This document shows positions 31,742-43,368 of a DNA stretch of 64,000 bases, piece by piece. Origin of the DNA: Trypanosoma brucei (lineage: Eukaryota); NCBI GenBank assembly GCA_000002445.1, contig CH464491.1, positions 224,001 through 288,000 on the forward strand. The letters are read 5' to 3'. The position numbers and the translations under genes are program-made. Every line of letters begins with the position of its first letter. Position 1 is the stretch's first letter. The notes below the pieces were generated by a model, which saw nothing but the letters and a program-made list of their open reading frames with translations, was not told the DNA's origin and did no database searches.

Positions 31742-33706
31742 ATGTTCTTCACACATGGGCCGTCCTTTTCGCTTCGGTATCAAAATAGTGGACGGATTGG
31801 GGATGTCCATGTATTCATGAAGAACCTCTACCGCTTTTGGGTCTACAAGGGCCTCTGGTTCTCGTGCTTGGCGTCCTTGGTGGACTTTCTTAATAGCGTT
31901 GTCGTGTTCTGTCTCGTGGTATTCCTCACAACAGTGTTTGATTGGCCGGTTGCGGCCGCCTGCGACGAGGTGAGCTGTGGAACCGTAACCTTAACCCATC
32001 ACATGCGCTTGCCCACCGAACGCGGTGCGAGTCATGTTCTACTTTGCTTGATTTTGTTGGTTTCCTCGGCTGCGTCGGCAACTTACGAGTTTTTGAAGTT
32101 TCTGGAGACATGTAGTTTGCAAATGGAAACCGAGAGGATGGTGCGCGTTATTGTTGATACGGGGTATACCAGTCCCTTTCACCGTTTGGCGCACATTTGG
32201 AGGCGTATGCGAGTCCAATCGGATGGGCACGAGGAGCTTCCTGATCACGGGCTCCCCTTTATCGGTAACATGGCGTGGGGTGACTTTCTTGACGAAGTTT
32301 GCGCCCGGATTCAGAGGGATCGCTCCTTTGGTGTGATTGAGCACAAAGAGTTTGATAGCCTTCGCGCCGTCCAAGCTCTTATGGTTTATGAGAACTACTT
32401 CATTACGTTCCACCAACACGGTATCTTGGAGCGGGGAGCACTGAAATACGCAGATGAAAATGTTATCAGGATGCTTATCCGCAGCCTGTTTGATGAATTC
32501 AGCACATTAGTTCGAGGCAAGGACCACGTGACACTCTTACGTTGGAAGGTCGTAAAGTACCTGGTGGTGTATGCTCTTTTTTATCCATTTGTTGTAGCCC
32601 ACTTCCTTCTTCGCGTTTTGGTCAAGAATGCTGCCATGGTGCGCACTGATTGGGGAGGTTATATGACGAAGGACTGGAACAAACGTGCCCTCTGGACGTT
32701 TAGTCTGTACAACGAAGTACCGCATGTGTTGTCTGCGAGGATTGCGAGTGGACGGCAAATTGTGATGGAAATGATCTGCAGACTTAAACCCCATTCCAGT
32801 GGTAAGCGCTTCGTGTGCCGCGTAGCCTCTGGGATCATCCTTGTCTTACTAAGTTTGTCACTGGTAAATACGTCGTTGTTGGTTTCGGGAAATTTGTGTG
32901 GCATTCCACTTCTTTGGTGGCTCACAGGTTCTATCGCAGCATTTTCTGTGTGCAACGAAACCCCACCAGTAGAGCGGGAGTACAATTACTTGCCTGACCT
33001 TGAAAGACTTGTCAAGCAGTTGCACTACAGTCAAGAGGAGTGGAATCACTCTGGGGAGTCATTCTACAGTGCCGTCACTTGGGACTTTTTAGAAAGTCGG
33101 TTTTCTGTTATTATCAGTGACATTGCTCGGACGTTGTTTATGCCGTGCATTCTTCTCGGCCTTTTGTTTGACGGTAGTTTGCCTGCCCTTATGGAGTGTG
33201 TGCAGTCAGAGTCTGTGCGCGTGGATGGGTTAGGTTCTGTTGCACGAGAAGCGGCATTTGACTTTCAGCTCCTTGGTGATGGTAATGACTACCCTCTGGC
33301 TTACCATCTTAGTGAGAAACTTCTCAAATCGATCGCTAGCTTCTCCGCTATCTACCCCAAGTGGATGTTGAAGCACATGCCTGACGCGGTGCCACCAGCT
33401 GATCAATCTGGAGGTAGTGCAACTTCAGGCGCACTAGACATTTTAGTGACGAAGCTGCGCAATAGAGTCGATGCAGAAACAGAAATGCAAGTGCTGGGTG
33501 ACCCGTCGGTGAGCGCGTTGGGCGTGGTAAACTCAGAAGCTGAGATTACTCGCAGTTCAGCGCTACTTGGTAAAGGCACTGCGCACGAACGGGAGCAACT
33601 GTTCGTCTCGCATATGATGCAATCAATCTATGCTTCGAAGAGCTTCGGTATCGATTCTCGCACTCTTAGGACTGCTAAAGAAGGGAGAGAGGGATGCGGG
33701 ACATAA
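31742..33706 (+). CDS. Hypothetical multi-pass membrane protein (about 654 aa). The first ATG is at 31742. The track start 31700 is GTG.
   Basis: There are at least six strongly hydrophobic segments (VVVFCLVVFLTTVF, LLCLILLVSSAASA, YLVVYALFYPFVVAHFLL, IILVLLSLSLVNTSLLV, PLLWWLTGSIAAFSV, ILLGLLFDG). The ORF is continuous, and a (GT)n tract lies in the extreme 5' region. Confidence 0.6.
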   Translation: MFFTHGPSFSLRYQNSGRIGDVHVFMKNLYRFWVYKGLWFSCLASLVDFLNSVVVFCLVVFLTTVFDWPVAAACDEVSCGTVTLTHHMRLPTERGASHVLLCLILLVSSAASATYEFLKFLETCSLQMETERMVRVIVDTGYTSPFHRLAHIWRRMRVQSDGHEELPDHGLPFIGNMAWGDFLDEVCARIQRDRSFGVIEHKEFDSLRAVQALMVYENYFITFHQHGILERGALKYADENVIRMLIRSLFDEFSTLVRGKDHVTLLRWKVVKYLVVYALFYPFVVAHFLLRVLVKNAAMVRTDWGGYMTKDWNKRALWTFSLYNEVPHVLSARIASGRQIVMEMICRLKPHSSGKRFVCRVASGIILVLLSLSLVNTSLLVSGNLCGIPLLWWLTGSIAAFSVCNETPPVEREYNYLPDLERLVKQLHYSQEEWNHSGESFYSAVTWDFLESRFSVIISDIARTLFMPCILLGLLFDGSLPALMECVQSESVRVDGLGSVAREAAFDFQLLGDGNDYPLAYHLSEKLLKSIASFSAIYPKWMLKHMPDAVPPADQSGGSATSGALDILVTKLRNRVDAETEMQVLGDPSVSALGVVNSEAEITRSSALLGKGTAHEREQLFVSHMMQSIYASKSFGIDSRTLRTAKEGREGCGT

Positions 33707-34007
33707 CAACTTGAATTGTTATAATGTCTTCCGCGCTTGTTGAAAAGCGGTTACTGTGGAATGCACTAGGATGTTATCCTAAGTAATTGTCGGAATTGGA
33801 ATTACACGTTTGGCATCGTTCTTCTTATTTGCCGTGCGCACTACTGTGGGTGTTTAGTTCAGGCGATGATTCGTTATACTTCTCCTCTCTGCCCTTATTT
33901 TCTATTGCTTACCGTGGGTGTATCTCTATGCCGCTCTAGACTTCTTGTCATTCTTTCCTTTATTCCACCTTATTGCTGTTGTTAAGGTGCGAGGGTTCCC
34001 GTAACCT

Positions 34008-34433
34008 ATGGATTTATTAGGAAGCCAAATCGCTGCCGCACTTGAGGAAGGTAGCAGGAAGAGAAAAAGAGACGTGGAGGAGGGCTGTTCAGCGCTCGTT
34101 AGCCACGTTAATAGTACGTTGGACGTCATTACGACGGATGTCCGGAACACACTCACGGAGCAGCATTGTGAAATGGAGGAACGGGTCAATAGATTGATGA
34201 AAATGGCAGGTGATTTTGCGACAGCAGTGGACACATGGCAAAAGAAGGCATCTGATTCCGTCTGTGCGGTGGAGAGCCAGCAACAACTGCTGTGGGAATT
34301 ACTACAAGACGTGGAGAAACGCGCCCAAGAGAGGAAGAAGGAGATGTTAAAGCGGCAGGAGCAAAGAATGGAAGAGTTACGCACAATGTTGCTGGAGAGA
34401 ATACAAAAAGCAGAGGCGAGTATGCAGCTGTAG
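34008..34433 (+). CDS. Small coiled-coil hypothetical protein (141 aa).
   Basis: There is an ATG at 34008. The C-terminal half is highly charged and helical (...QQQLLWELLQDVEKRAQERKKEMLKRQEQRMEELRTMLLERIQKAEASMQL). I prefer it to the overlapping antisense ORF 33926..34504 because all other genes are on the + strand and that ORF reads as low-complexity antisense. Confidence 0.45.
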   Translation: MDLLGSQIAAALEEGSRKRKRDVEEGCSALVSHVNSTLDVITTDVRNTLTEQHCEMEERVNRLMKMAGDFATAVDTWQKKASDSVCAVESQQQLLWELLQDVEKRAQERKKEMLKRQEQRMEELRTMLLERIQKAEASMQL

Positions 34434-34821
34434 GTGGTGGGACCCCTGGAGACCCCTCTTCCTTCCCAGCCCCATGCTCGTGACGGCCGTTCAGCTTCCA
34501 GCACAAAACCACAGTTTTTCCGAGTCGGTGACCTTAATTGTTTCTTTCTGCCACACGATTATTGTCTTCGCATATAGAGTTATCAGTTAGTTGTTTCTAT
34601 TTTTTTGCAGGCTTCCTTCTATGTAACTGTATGGTAGGCGTATTATTCCTCTTTTTTTCCCTAAACACAAGAAAATGGAGAACTGGGACGAGTCAAGTCA
34701 CTCATTTGTCCTGAGTTTGTTAGCGTGTTTCTTCCATGATTTTTGCTTCTTTTTTTCTTTCGGTTTTTTTTGTTAAAGGGTTGATTATCGGAAGGCCAAC
34801 GTTTTTTCCACTGTTTAGCGT

Positions 34822-35937
34822 ATGCGCCGCTTTGTTTCCCAACAAGACGGAAAAGCTACGGCGCTATGGACTAATTTGCCGCATGCAAGGGTTTCTTCCG
34901 CTTTCTTTTCATCGCTGACACACGAGTCTCGTGTCGTGCAATCCGTTACTTGCGTTAGGCGTGTGTTGGCACCTCCGACTCCCTCCATATATCCTGCATT
35001 TCGTAATACATTTAAGAGCACCAAACGATGGCAGGGAAGCACAACTTCAGCAGGTGGGGATTATTACAAACTGCTTGGCGTCAAGCCGGATGCGTCGCAA
35101 GATGAAATAAAAGCGGCCTATAAGAAATTGGCACTAGAGTTCCACCCAGACCGAAATCACGACCCTGGTGCAGAGGAGATGTTCAAGAACATTTCCGAAG
35201 CGTACAACATTATTGGGAATAAAACAAGGCGGAAGGAGTACGACATGCAACGTAGGGCAGAAACGTCTAATGCTGGTAGCGCGAGGAGCTCATACCATCC
35301 AGGAGGGGCCGCGTATCATAGCCCGCCGGGCTATCAACACATCTCAAAAGAGGAGGCAGACAAGATCTTCCGCGATTTGTTTGGTGGAATGCGCGTAGAC
35401 CAGATATTCCGCGACTTTGAAGAAATGCAACGTGGGACTAGGAGCGGTGGTCGTTCCGGGTTCCCGCAAGAGTTCGGTGCCGCGGATTGTTCGTTTCGAC
35501 CATCATTCAGGAGTGAGTCAACGCGAGTGTACACCGATGGGCTCGGTAACCGTATGGAGGAACGCACCTTTACGGATTCTCACGGTAACACATACACCGT
35601 TCATACAACAACTAGCGAGCAGCCGAACGCCAGCATGAACCAGCGGGCGGAGGATTATTACAGCGGACATGCAAGTAACAGTGGCGGTGGGCGATTTCGT
35701 ATGGGAAACTCTTCCTTCAGGGTGACCCCACGAGATGCGGCAAATGATTTTGGAGCAAATTATTTCGGGATTAGAACTCACGGAAGGCATCCCGCCGTGG
35801 CGATGATGATACTTGTGGCGTGGTCCATAGTGCTCGGCACACTTCTCTTCGCGACGCTTGCGTTTTTTGTCTCGCACCCATTCTTTACTTTCGCGGTTCT
35901 GTTTTTAATACTTTTGAAGCGGATGCGCCTTTTTTGA
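34822..35937 (+). CDS. DnaJ (J-domain) protein with a C-terminal transmembrane anchor, 371 aa.
   Basis: The J domain ...DYYKLLGVKPDASQDEIKAAYKKLALEFHPDRNHDPGAEEMFKNISEAYNIIGNKTRRKEYD contains the HPD motif. There is an N-terminal basic extension of about 80 aa (MRRFVSQQ...). There is a C-terminal hydrophobic stretch AVAMMILVAWSIVLGTLLFATLAFFVSHPFFTFAVLFLILL. Confidence 0.85.
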   Translation: MRRFVSQQDGKATALWTNLPHARVSSAFFSSLTHESRVVQSVTCVRRVLAPPTPSIYPAFRNTFKSTKRWQGSTTSAGGDYYKLLGVKPDASQDEIKAAYKKLALEFHPDRNHDPGAEEMFKNISEAYNIIGNKTRRKEYDMQRRAETSNAGSARSSYHPGGAAYHSPPGYQHISKEEADKIFRDLFGGMRVDQIFRDFEEMQRGTRSGGRSGFPQEFGAADCSFRPSFRSESTRVYTDGLGNRMEERTFTDSHGNTYTVHTTTSEQPNASMNQRAEDYYSGHASNSGGGRFRMGNSSFRVTPRDAANDFGANYFGIRTHGRHPAVAMMILVAWSIVLGTLLFATLAFFVSHPFFTFAVLFLILLKRMRLF

Positions 35938-36687
35938 GAACTGTGTTTGTGGGACTTGCTCCTTTTATATTCCTATGCACGACACCACTTGTGGATATGG
36001 GGTGCCTTTATCTATTTGTTGTTGTTGTTGTTCGAACGTGCTGGTTTCTGTCTGTTGTGTGTGTTGGATCAAGTTTCTTCCCCCGAAGGTCTTCCAGCAC
36101 GGAAGGTGTTTTTTGTTCCTCCGTACTTGGCTGGGTACCTCTTTGCGAAGTATCACCACCTATCGTGTTCGTCACTCTTCACTGACTATACGGGCGTTTC
36201 CTGTTTGGTTGTTAGTGCTTTCCTCTCCTTCGCTTTGTCTTTCATTCGTCTATTTTGTATGTATGTGTGTCTGTCTCCTTCAAGGTCAGGAAGGTGTTTC
36301 TTTTCTGTGTCCTTACAGTTTCTTTTTACTTTTCCAACTTTTCCAATTTTGACACCCAAACCTAAACGTTCGGCCTTTCATATGTTCGTGCACTCTACGT
36401 TTGCCCATGTATGTGTCATATCAAGCTGTTGCGCTCGTGAGTGAACAAGTCAAACCTAAGAAAAAATAAAGCCGAAAACACCTACTCGAAGGACGCAGGG
36501 TCAGCATCATCGACTCGTGGCAAAATAATCTACCATATTTACAGACGCAGGGGATCGTATTGTACAAACATAATACGGAGAAAAGTATATAAAAAGAAGC
36601 CACCCACATATAAATAAATATACATTTCGTGTTGGCATACGTGCATTGCCCATCATCATCACTATTATTATTATTATTGTGTGAACA

Positions 36688-37689
36688 ATGAGTGCTGCCG
36701 GCGTTAAGAGCGGGAACGGATGCATCGCAGACACTCCTATTGTCGTGGTTGGCGCTTGCTTTGTGGACTACGTCGCCTACGTTGATCACCTTCCACAGGT
36801 TGGGGAATCGCTCAGGTGTCGCAGTTTCAGCAAAGGTTTTGGTGGTAAAGGCTCTAACCAGGCCGTCTGCGCTGGACGTCTGGGAGCATCCGTTTCAATG
36901 GTGGGCGCTGTGGGAACTGATGGCGATGGTGCGGATTACATCGCGAACTTCCAAAGGAATGGCGTCCAGGTGTCGAATGTTTACCGAATGGAAAACACCT
37001 CAACGGGGCTCGCGATGATCTTTGTTGATTCCACTACGTCCCACAATGAAATAGTGTTTTCGCCCAACGCCACCGGTGCCCTTACAGTGGATTATCTCCG
37101 TAAGCAGTCCGATAACTACAACAATTTTTTCGGCCCCAAGTGTCGCTACATCATTTTACAGAACGAAATTCCAGTTGAAACAACGCTTGACGTGCTTAAG
37201 GAGGCCCATACACGCGGTATTTACACTGTCTTCAACGCTGCCCCCGCTCCTTCGGCGGACGAGGTGGCTGTTGTTAAGCCTTTTCTTTCATATGTGTCAC
37301 TGTTTTGCGTGAATGAGGTGGAGGCATCGATGATCACTGGTATTGACGTGAAAGACACCCAGTCCGCCATCCTTGCTACGGAGGAAATGCAGAAGTTGGG
37401 TGCACACAGTGTTGTAACGACTCTCGGAGGAAACGGCTACGTTATTGGCGAGAAGGGCAAACCACCACGACACTTGCCCAGTATCACTGTGAAGGCTGTG
37501 GATTCCACTGGTGCTGGCGACTGCTTCGTTGGTGCCATGGTGTTTTATCTGTCGATGGGCAAATCCCTCGAGGAGTCCTGCAAGAGGGCGAATATGATTG
37601 CGGCAATCAGTGTTCAGCGGCCAGGCACCCAATCGTCCTATCCCACACTTGACGAGCTGCCTGCTGAGGTGAAGGAATGCAAAATATAG
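36688..37689 (+). CDS. Ribokinase (PfkB family carbohydrate kinase), 333 aa.
   Basis: There is an N-terminal GG-type motif (...VVVGACFVDYV...FGGKGSNQAV) and the C-terminal PfkB signature DSTGAGDCFVGAMVFYL. The length and layout are typical of ribokinase. Confidence 0.85.
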   Translation: MSAAGVKSGNGCIADTPIVVVGACFVDYVAYVDHLPQVGESLRCRSFSKGFGGKGSNQAVCAGRLGASVSMVGAVGTDGDGADYIANFQRNGVQVSNVYRMENTSTGLAMIFVDSTTSHNEIVFSPNATGALTVDYLRKQSDNYNNFFGPKCRYIILQNEIPVETTLDVLKEAHTRGIYTVFNAAPAPSADEVAVVKPFLSYVSLFCVNEVEASMITGIDVKDTQSAILATEEMQKLGAHSVVTTLGGNGYVIGEKGKPPRHLPSITVKAVDSTGAGDCFVGAMVFYLSMGKSLEESCKRANMIAAISVQRPGTQSSYPTLDELPAEVKECKI

Positions 37690-37858
37690 GACGCACGTGT
37701 GGATTGAGACGTTGTTGTGTGGCGGGAATCAGATTCGTTCCCAAGGAAATAAGTATGGAGGTAGAAGAACAGCCACCCCCGCTTGTACTAATTAAGTAAG
37801 AATGATATCGAGGTAAAGTCCACCTTGGGAATGAGTTTATGTATGTGTGCATGTGTGC

Positions 37859-37882
37859 ATGTGTGTGTGTGTGGGGGGGGGA
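37859..37882 (+). repeat. (GT)n followed by a G9 homopolymer.
   Basis: catgtgtgtgtgtgtggggggggatg in the intergenic region downstream of ribokinase. Confidence 0.85.
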
Positions 37883-39362
37883 TGTGGAAGGATGCCACCA
37901 GTGACGCAAAATTAAAAAAAAATACGCACATGTAAATATGGATGTATTCGTGTGCATGTATACGCGTACATAACTGCGTTTCCAAGTGAGTGGAAAAATG
38001 AAAGAGGAAACACAACAGGAAGTATGTGTATAGTATTTTATTTTTGTACATGTACCGATCCCCTCGTAAGGGCAGAGTTTGTGCGTATCGAAGGGGTGTG
38101 GTGAGGAGGTGGTGGACGATCGCAAAGTGAGGACGAAGGGTGAAGCGTATGGGTGCTCTACTGTTTTCCCTTTCTTTTTTCTTGTTTTGGACAACTGAAA
38201 GGATTTTCTATGTCGTTGTTATTGCTACACTGTAAGACATGGGAGGTTCTTTGTACTTACTGAAAACGGTAATTTAATTTTAGCGAATTCATTTTTTCTT
38301 TGTTCTTTTTTTTTACCTTTTGGATAATATCGTTGGCATCAATATCATCATCATCATTATTAATATTATTAGTTTTGCTGGTTACCGCCTTGATATGTCA
38401 CCTTAAAGGTAAATACCATTAAATGTGGTGTGCCCACACGGAAGGCACTGAGCCCTTCACGGGATGAATGCCAATTGGGAGTAGTTACTCAGATATGTTT
38501 GATGCTTAACCGTATTGCACGCGAAATGGCGAGAGGAATGGTTTCATTCGGTACAGTTGCCCCGAAAACTGTCTGGTGTGTGGGCGCGTCACGTCTCGCA
38601 ATTTCCCCCCTCGTTCCCACTTTTTTTCCATTTCAATGATTGTTTTGTGTGTTTTTTTTTTTTACAACCCATTTACTGCCGGCCATATGAAGCTGTGGGT
38701 TTAATATGATTCCGAGGCAGTTGGAGTGGGAGTTGGGGAAGTGGGACACATTTTCTCTATACTTCGGCTTTCAGCCGTCTGCGTTCGCCAGACTTTCTTG
38801 TGTTTTGAGTGTGCTGAATCTGAATCCGAAAGTGTTATTTTGTCGATTTGTACTATCGATTAGCGATACCAATGCTAGCCGTATTATTATTATTATTACT
38901 TTTTCCATCCTTTCTTTGTTCTCCTTTTTTTGTTTGTAAAATTTCTCCTCTTGTTGTTGCTGGCGCTCTTGCGTTATCCCATTAAAAGTGTGAAGATTGT
39001 GCTTACGTCCTATCGTCCATTTGTTTCGCATCAGCAGTAAGGACGAAGGAAGGAAAAAAATAAGTAAAGCAGAAGATATATTTACAAGTAACTCTGGAGG
39101 AACAAGAGAAAGCGTGAGAGAGAACGACAACGCCGCTTGCACGCGGAGGAAAAAAAGGGCGAAAAGTTATTCATATTTGAGAAGAAGCTAGAAAGCAAAG
39201 GAAGACACAATACACGTTTTCTTTTAACCCCTTTTCACCTCTACCACCTTCTCTCACCAGCTCAGCCAACACGCGCCTCCGACTCTACTCTACTTTATCC
39301 TGGTCTGCCCTGTGGACAGGTAGCGTAACGACTGATTCTTGTGATATAACGTCTTGCACATT

Positions 39363-41297
39363 ATGAGCGGATATGGCGAATCTATGCATTCACTAAGAGA
39401 ACCCGTTTCACCCTGCCCACGCCGCAGGTCTCTGGCGTCCACCCCTTTGGAAAGGCAGCGCTCGTACTCGCGCGGGGGCATGGTGGGTTCGCCGGTCCCT
39501 GATGATATGTCTTTTACGCTGTCGCCGCTACCGTATTTCCCCAAACGGACCCGTAGTGTTACATTTGAAGAAAGCGATGAAGTCCCTGTACGTGAGGAGC
39601 GACCATACTACTCATGGGACGACCGACACGGTTTGTCGGACAAGCGAGGATTCGACGATAATGGCGCAGCAGTAGCGGTACGAGACGGTGGGGAGGAATG
39701 CCATTATGCTCGCAGTGGCGCTGCTGGGAGGCGTGAGGAGGGGGATCAACGGTACCGTCCGTTTGTTGTGGCAGGCACAACATTTAAAATCCCACGCTCA
39801 CGTTCTCAAAGTCGCCAACACCGCGAAGCTGAAGAAAAATTGGCGATGTCGACCTTTTCCTATCCTGAAATAAGGAAGGTGGAGGACTTCTGTACTCAAC
39901 TATTAAGGCCCTTAGAGGAAAATGAGCCACCGCAGCGAGAGGGGTATAGAGGTGCCCATACAAATGAAGGAGTTAATGCTGGAAATGATGCGGGCCAACC
40001 ACCAGAGATTACTCCTATCCGGAAAGCAAAAGCGACACTCAAGTCTGGGTTAAAGACCGATTACGTGAGTCGTGCTAATTGTGACTTACAGAGAACAGTC
40101 GCTGATCATTTGCCTCGCAGGAGGGGACGCTCAAATAAAAGAGAAGCTTCCAGGCCGAAGGAAGAAGAATCTGGAGAGGAAGGGTACTCCATGGAGGCAA
40201 GCGTGGCACCGCATGAAGCGAAACAAAAGACCACCAGATGTGTAACTACTGCAACTCCACAGTGTGGTGTCGGTGTAGGGGGCGCTTCGCGAAGGCGCAC
40301 GCGGTGCGAGTCAGTGGAGGAAGGTGTTGTGCATTCCACTACCCAAAAATGCATTCATGTGATAGATATCCACAACGCGGAGGAGGAAATCAAATCCCTT
40401 CCAACGGAAATTACGGCCACTGTGAGTTGCGTTGTGAAGGGGCTGCTGGACGACCTTTCCAACCAGAGTTTCCCTATTATAATTAAACCGTGCAAGAGCG
40501 GGGGACTGAAGCAAGTGGAGGTTCATTTGGTTGATGGAATGGGTGACGAGGAACATGGGGACTGGATGCCGCAAAGGGTTGTGGCAAGTGCTCCGCAAAA
40601 CCGTAAAAGGGCGCCACAGAAACGTGCAGCCGAAAGGTCTGTTCCGTCAGTCAGTTGTAAGAAAGAGTCATCCGCCACACCTCTTGTTGCGCCTGAGGTT
40701 GTCCCTGTAGCAAAAAGAAGTCTTCCGCGTCCTGCTGCGCCTCCACTGATTGATGAGTTGAATGGGGGTGAAGAGCCGGTGCTACTTCGCCGGTCTGGAA
40801 CTATGCAGAAACGGCCTGCTCGCTCCGTTTCCTACATTTCAGTCGATACCGATGACATGGCAGAGGCAAACGAAACTTCCGCCACTGTGCGACGACCACA
40901 ATCGGCTCCCAAAAGCACAACCACCACAACACGAAGGTGTCGCAAAGCATCTGCCACCGCAGTGGAAGCCCCAACGTGTCATCCACCGCTCAGTAACGTT
41001 ACTCACAGCTCCCCGATCCCGCCGGACCCATTTTTGGCTACAGAAGAGGATCTCGAATCCATTGTTGAGGAGCCTGTCACTCTCCGCCGGAACGGGCACC
41101 TCAACAAACCCACCTCTGATTGGAATAGCTTCGCTAATGACGACTCCGACGTATTAGACAATTTTCTTGTGAAGTTCGTTCCAGAAAATGCTGGTTTAAT
41201 GCTTGCAAGAGCTAACATATGCACGAGGAAGGGGCGTAGAAAAACCAGAGGAGCGGCGTTGAGCCTCCCCCCAAGTATTGGGGGGAGAACGCGGTGA
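39363..41297 (+). CDS. Hypothetical low-complexity (Ser/Arg/Pro/Glu-rich, probably disordered) protein of about 644 aa. The first ATG is at 39363. The track start 39354 is TTG.
   Basis: The ORF is long and continuous, with biased composition and many RS/SP/RRx motifs that look like phosphoacceptor sites. A polyY and T-rich leader at 38850-38945 lies upstream. Confidence 0.55.
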   Translation: MSGYGESMHSLREPVSPCPRRRSLASTPLERQRSYSRGGMVGSPVPDDMSFTLSPLPYFPKRTRSVTFEESDEVPVREERPYYSWDDRHGLSDKRGFDDNGAAVAVRDGGEECHYARSGAAGRREEGDQRYRPFVVAGTTFKIPRSRSQSRQHREAEEKLAMSTFSYPEIRKVEDFCTQLLRPLEENEPPQREGYRGAHTNEGVNAGNDAGQPPEITPIRKAKATLKSGLKTDYVSRANCDLQRTVADHLPRRRGRSNKREASRPKEEESGEEGYSMEASVAPHEAKQKTTRCVTTATPQCGVGVGGASRRRTRCESVEEGVVHSTTQKCIHVIDIHNAEEEIKSLPTEITATVSCVVKGLLDDLSNQSFPIIIKPCKSGGLKQVEVHLVDGMGDEEHGDWMPQRVVASAPQNRKRAPQKRAAERSVPSVSCKKESSATPLVAPEVVPVAKRSLPRPAAPPLIDELNGGEEPVLLRRSGTMQKRPARSVSYISVDTDDMAEANETSATVRRPQSAPKSTTTTTRRCRKASATAVEAPTCHPPLSNVTHSSPIPPDPFLATEEDLESIVEEPVTLRRNGHLNKPTSDWNSFANDDSDVLDNFLVKFVPENAGLMLARANICTRKGRRKTRGAALSLPPSIGGRTR

Positions 41298-41505
41298 GTG
41301 TGTAGAAGTGCATCATCATTTTTGTTTATTGATAATTCCCCTCTTTTTAAAATGTTCTGGTGGAGGGGACAACGAGCAAGGGAAGGTCATAGTGTTAAGT
41401 GATAACAATAAGTCTCTGCATTAACATGGAGCTGGGGGGATTTATATGATTACTGAAGTTCACGAGGTAGATTGAAAGGCGCAAAAGGATGTTTGGAATG
41501 AGGTG

Positions 41506-41534
<29 letters not shown>
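41506..41534 (+). repeat. (CA)n microsatellite, about 14 units.
   Basis: There is a direct run of acacac... in the intergenic region. Confidence 0.9.
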
Positions 41535-41536
<2 letters not shown>

Positions 41537-43368
41537 CGTATACGTGTATAAAAGAGGAAGTGTTATGCATGGCGCTGTTGAAGAGAAGAGAAGTTGGCGA
41601 TCATTCGAAAGCAAATTGTAGAAGCGCAGGCGGAAGGTGCTGACACAACTGCCATTAGTGGGAGCAGCTTGCTTCATATTCTTATCATTGTTTCCGTTCC
41701 GCCGGTTGTGGATAACACTTCTTGCCATTCTTTCCTTGTTTTTTGTGTGCGTTCACCCCACCGTTCTACTATTATTATTATTATTTCCTTTTTTGCGTGT
41801 TTTATTTTATTGTTTTCTCACTTGATCTTAGAGACCCACACTTTTGCTTCCTTTGGTTTGTGTGTGTGTTTTGAAAAAAAAAAAAGACCACTAGATAACT
41901 TAGTCTGCTTATGCGTGCATTAGTGTACGTGTTTGCAATCCCTTTTGATTTCGGTTTTCTTTTTTTTAATTTTGTTTTGTACCACGACACCTTGCGTATT
42001 CTTCGCGAGGACTTCTTTTTTTTGTTGTTGTTCATCCACCCCCATCAATCTCAGTGAATTTTTCTTCTGTAGCAATAACGGTGATAGAAATTATTATTAA
42101 ACATTTTGTTTCACCGGAGTGAGACTGGAGAATGCGAAGATGGGGAAGAGGAACTTCATGTATGGTACCGGAGGGCGATGTATTCCCCAGTTGTGGGTGC
42201 GTTACAATTTCCCCTTCTCTCTTACATGCGCATTCACTCCCCTGTTTGTTTGTATTTATTTTTGTGTCGTGTCATTAAGTTGAGGAAGAAAAAGGAAGAG
42301 AGAAGGGAGGATGGAGGGGCAAAGCATAAATAGCATTCGAATGGACTTTTGATGAAAGTTTGAGGAATTGTTAGATTAAGAAAAAAAGGGGGGGGGTACA
42401 ACACAGTTGGCGAGACAGGAAAGAGTGTGAGGTGGAGGTGAAAATATAAAGTAAATAAATAAATAATTTACCAAATTGGTCTATGAAGATGTGCTTTGCA
42501 CACTAACTCCTAAGATGGCTGATTGTGTTCGAGGGTGGGTGGGGGGATGGTACCGATGCTGATAAGGAGAGAGAAACGGATGGTAATTATACGAAAACCC
42601 CAGGGAAATGGAGAATATTGCTCCTCATCTGTTGTTAGAGCGTACCGGAGGAAGCTCCGTTAAGCGGTGCTAGTGTGTATTTTTGTAGCTTGTGACGCGT
42701 ATCAGCAGCGACAGTAGTTAATTAAAAAAAGAAAAAAAACAATGGAAAAAAGCGAGTGGAAGAGAAGAAGGGGCAGTTGTTCACTGGCGGTGAGCGAGCG
42801 CGTCTGTGCGCGAAGGCCGGTCTTGATTTCCCCTAATTCTTCTTTTTCTTTTAACAGTCACATGAAACTCCTTCTCTCTTTCTCCCTGCAAAGTGGAAAA
42901 AAAAACAAATAAACGCGACCTTTTAGACAGGCACCGTCGGTTGCCCCCTGCGTGGTGCCTATTAACACAATATGCCATGTCGCGCTCCAAGATTTCACCT
43001 TTAGATGTTCACGAGGCTATATGAGCACTTGTTCAAAATATATATTTCACACTACACAATCCTGCCCATCCTTTTTGTCGTTTTATTTTGTTTCTCCCTC
43101 ATCATTTACTTTCATTTGTGTTTGAACGTCTCCCCTTTTCGACTTGTTCCACCGCCGATAGACTGTCGTGTTGCCCCCACCTGTGCACGTGGTTGGCTTA
43201 CTTCGGTTACTCGATTATGTTATGCTATTTTATCTGCATATCAATTTATTTATTTTTAACCCTACAAAGCTGACGCCTTGTAGTTGCGACTGCGCTTGTT
43301 GGTTGGTGGGGGTAGCGGACCTGCTTAATAGAGGTAGCGATTTTAAAGGGAGGGGTGTGAGGCGTCTC

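Noticed and set aside
33926-34504. A 192-aa minus-strand ORF overlapping the small + strand coiled-coil ORF 34008..34433.
   Set aside because: Strand context (all genes on the + strand) and a Ser/Cys-rich low-complexity translation make the antisense ORF the less likely of the two. Neither can be proven from sequence alone, so confidence in the + ORF is kept modest.
37607-38194. A 195-aa minus-strand ORF in the ribokinase 3' flank.
   Set aside because: It spans (GT)n/(CA)n and homopolymer sequence. Its translation is His/Thr/Cys-rich low complexity, and it overlaps the 3' end of the + strand ribokinase.
43168-43368. Track start (GTG at 43168) and the internal Met at 43222 (MLFYLHINLFIF...) for the gene ending at 44931.
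   Set aside because: The stretch 43212-43268 is a T/C-rich tract ending in AG, consistent with a trans-splice signal rather than coding sequence. The first ATG downstream of it (43369) was chosen. SL mapping could still move the start.
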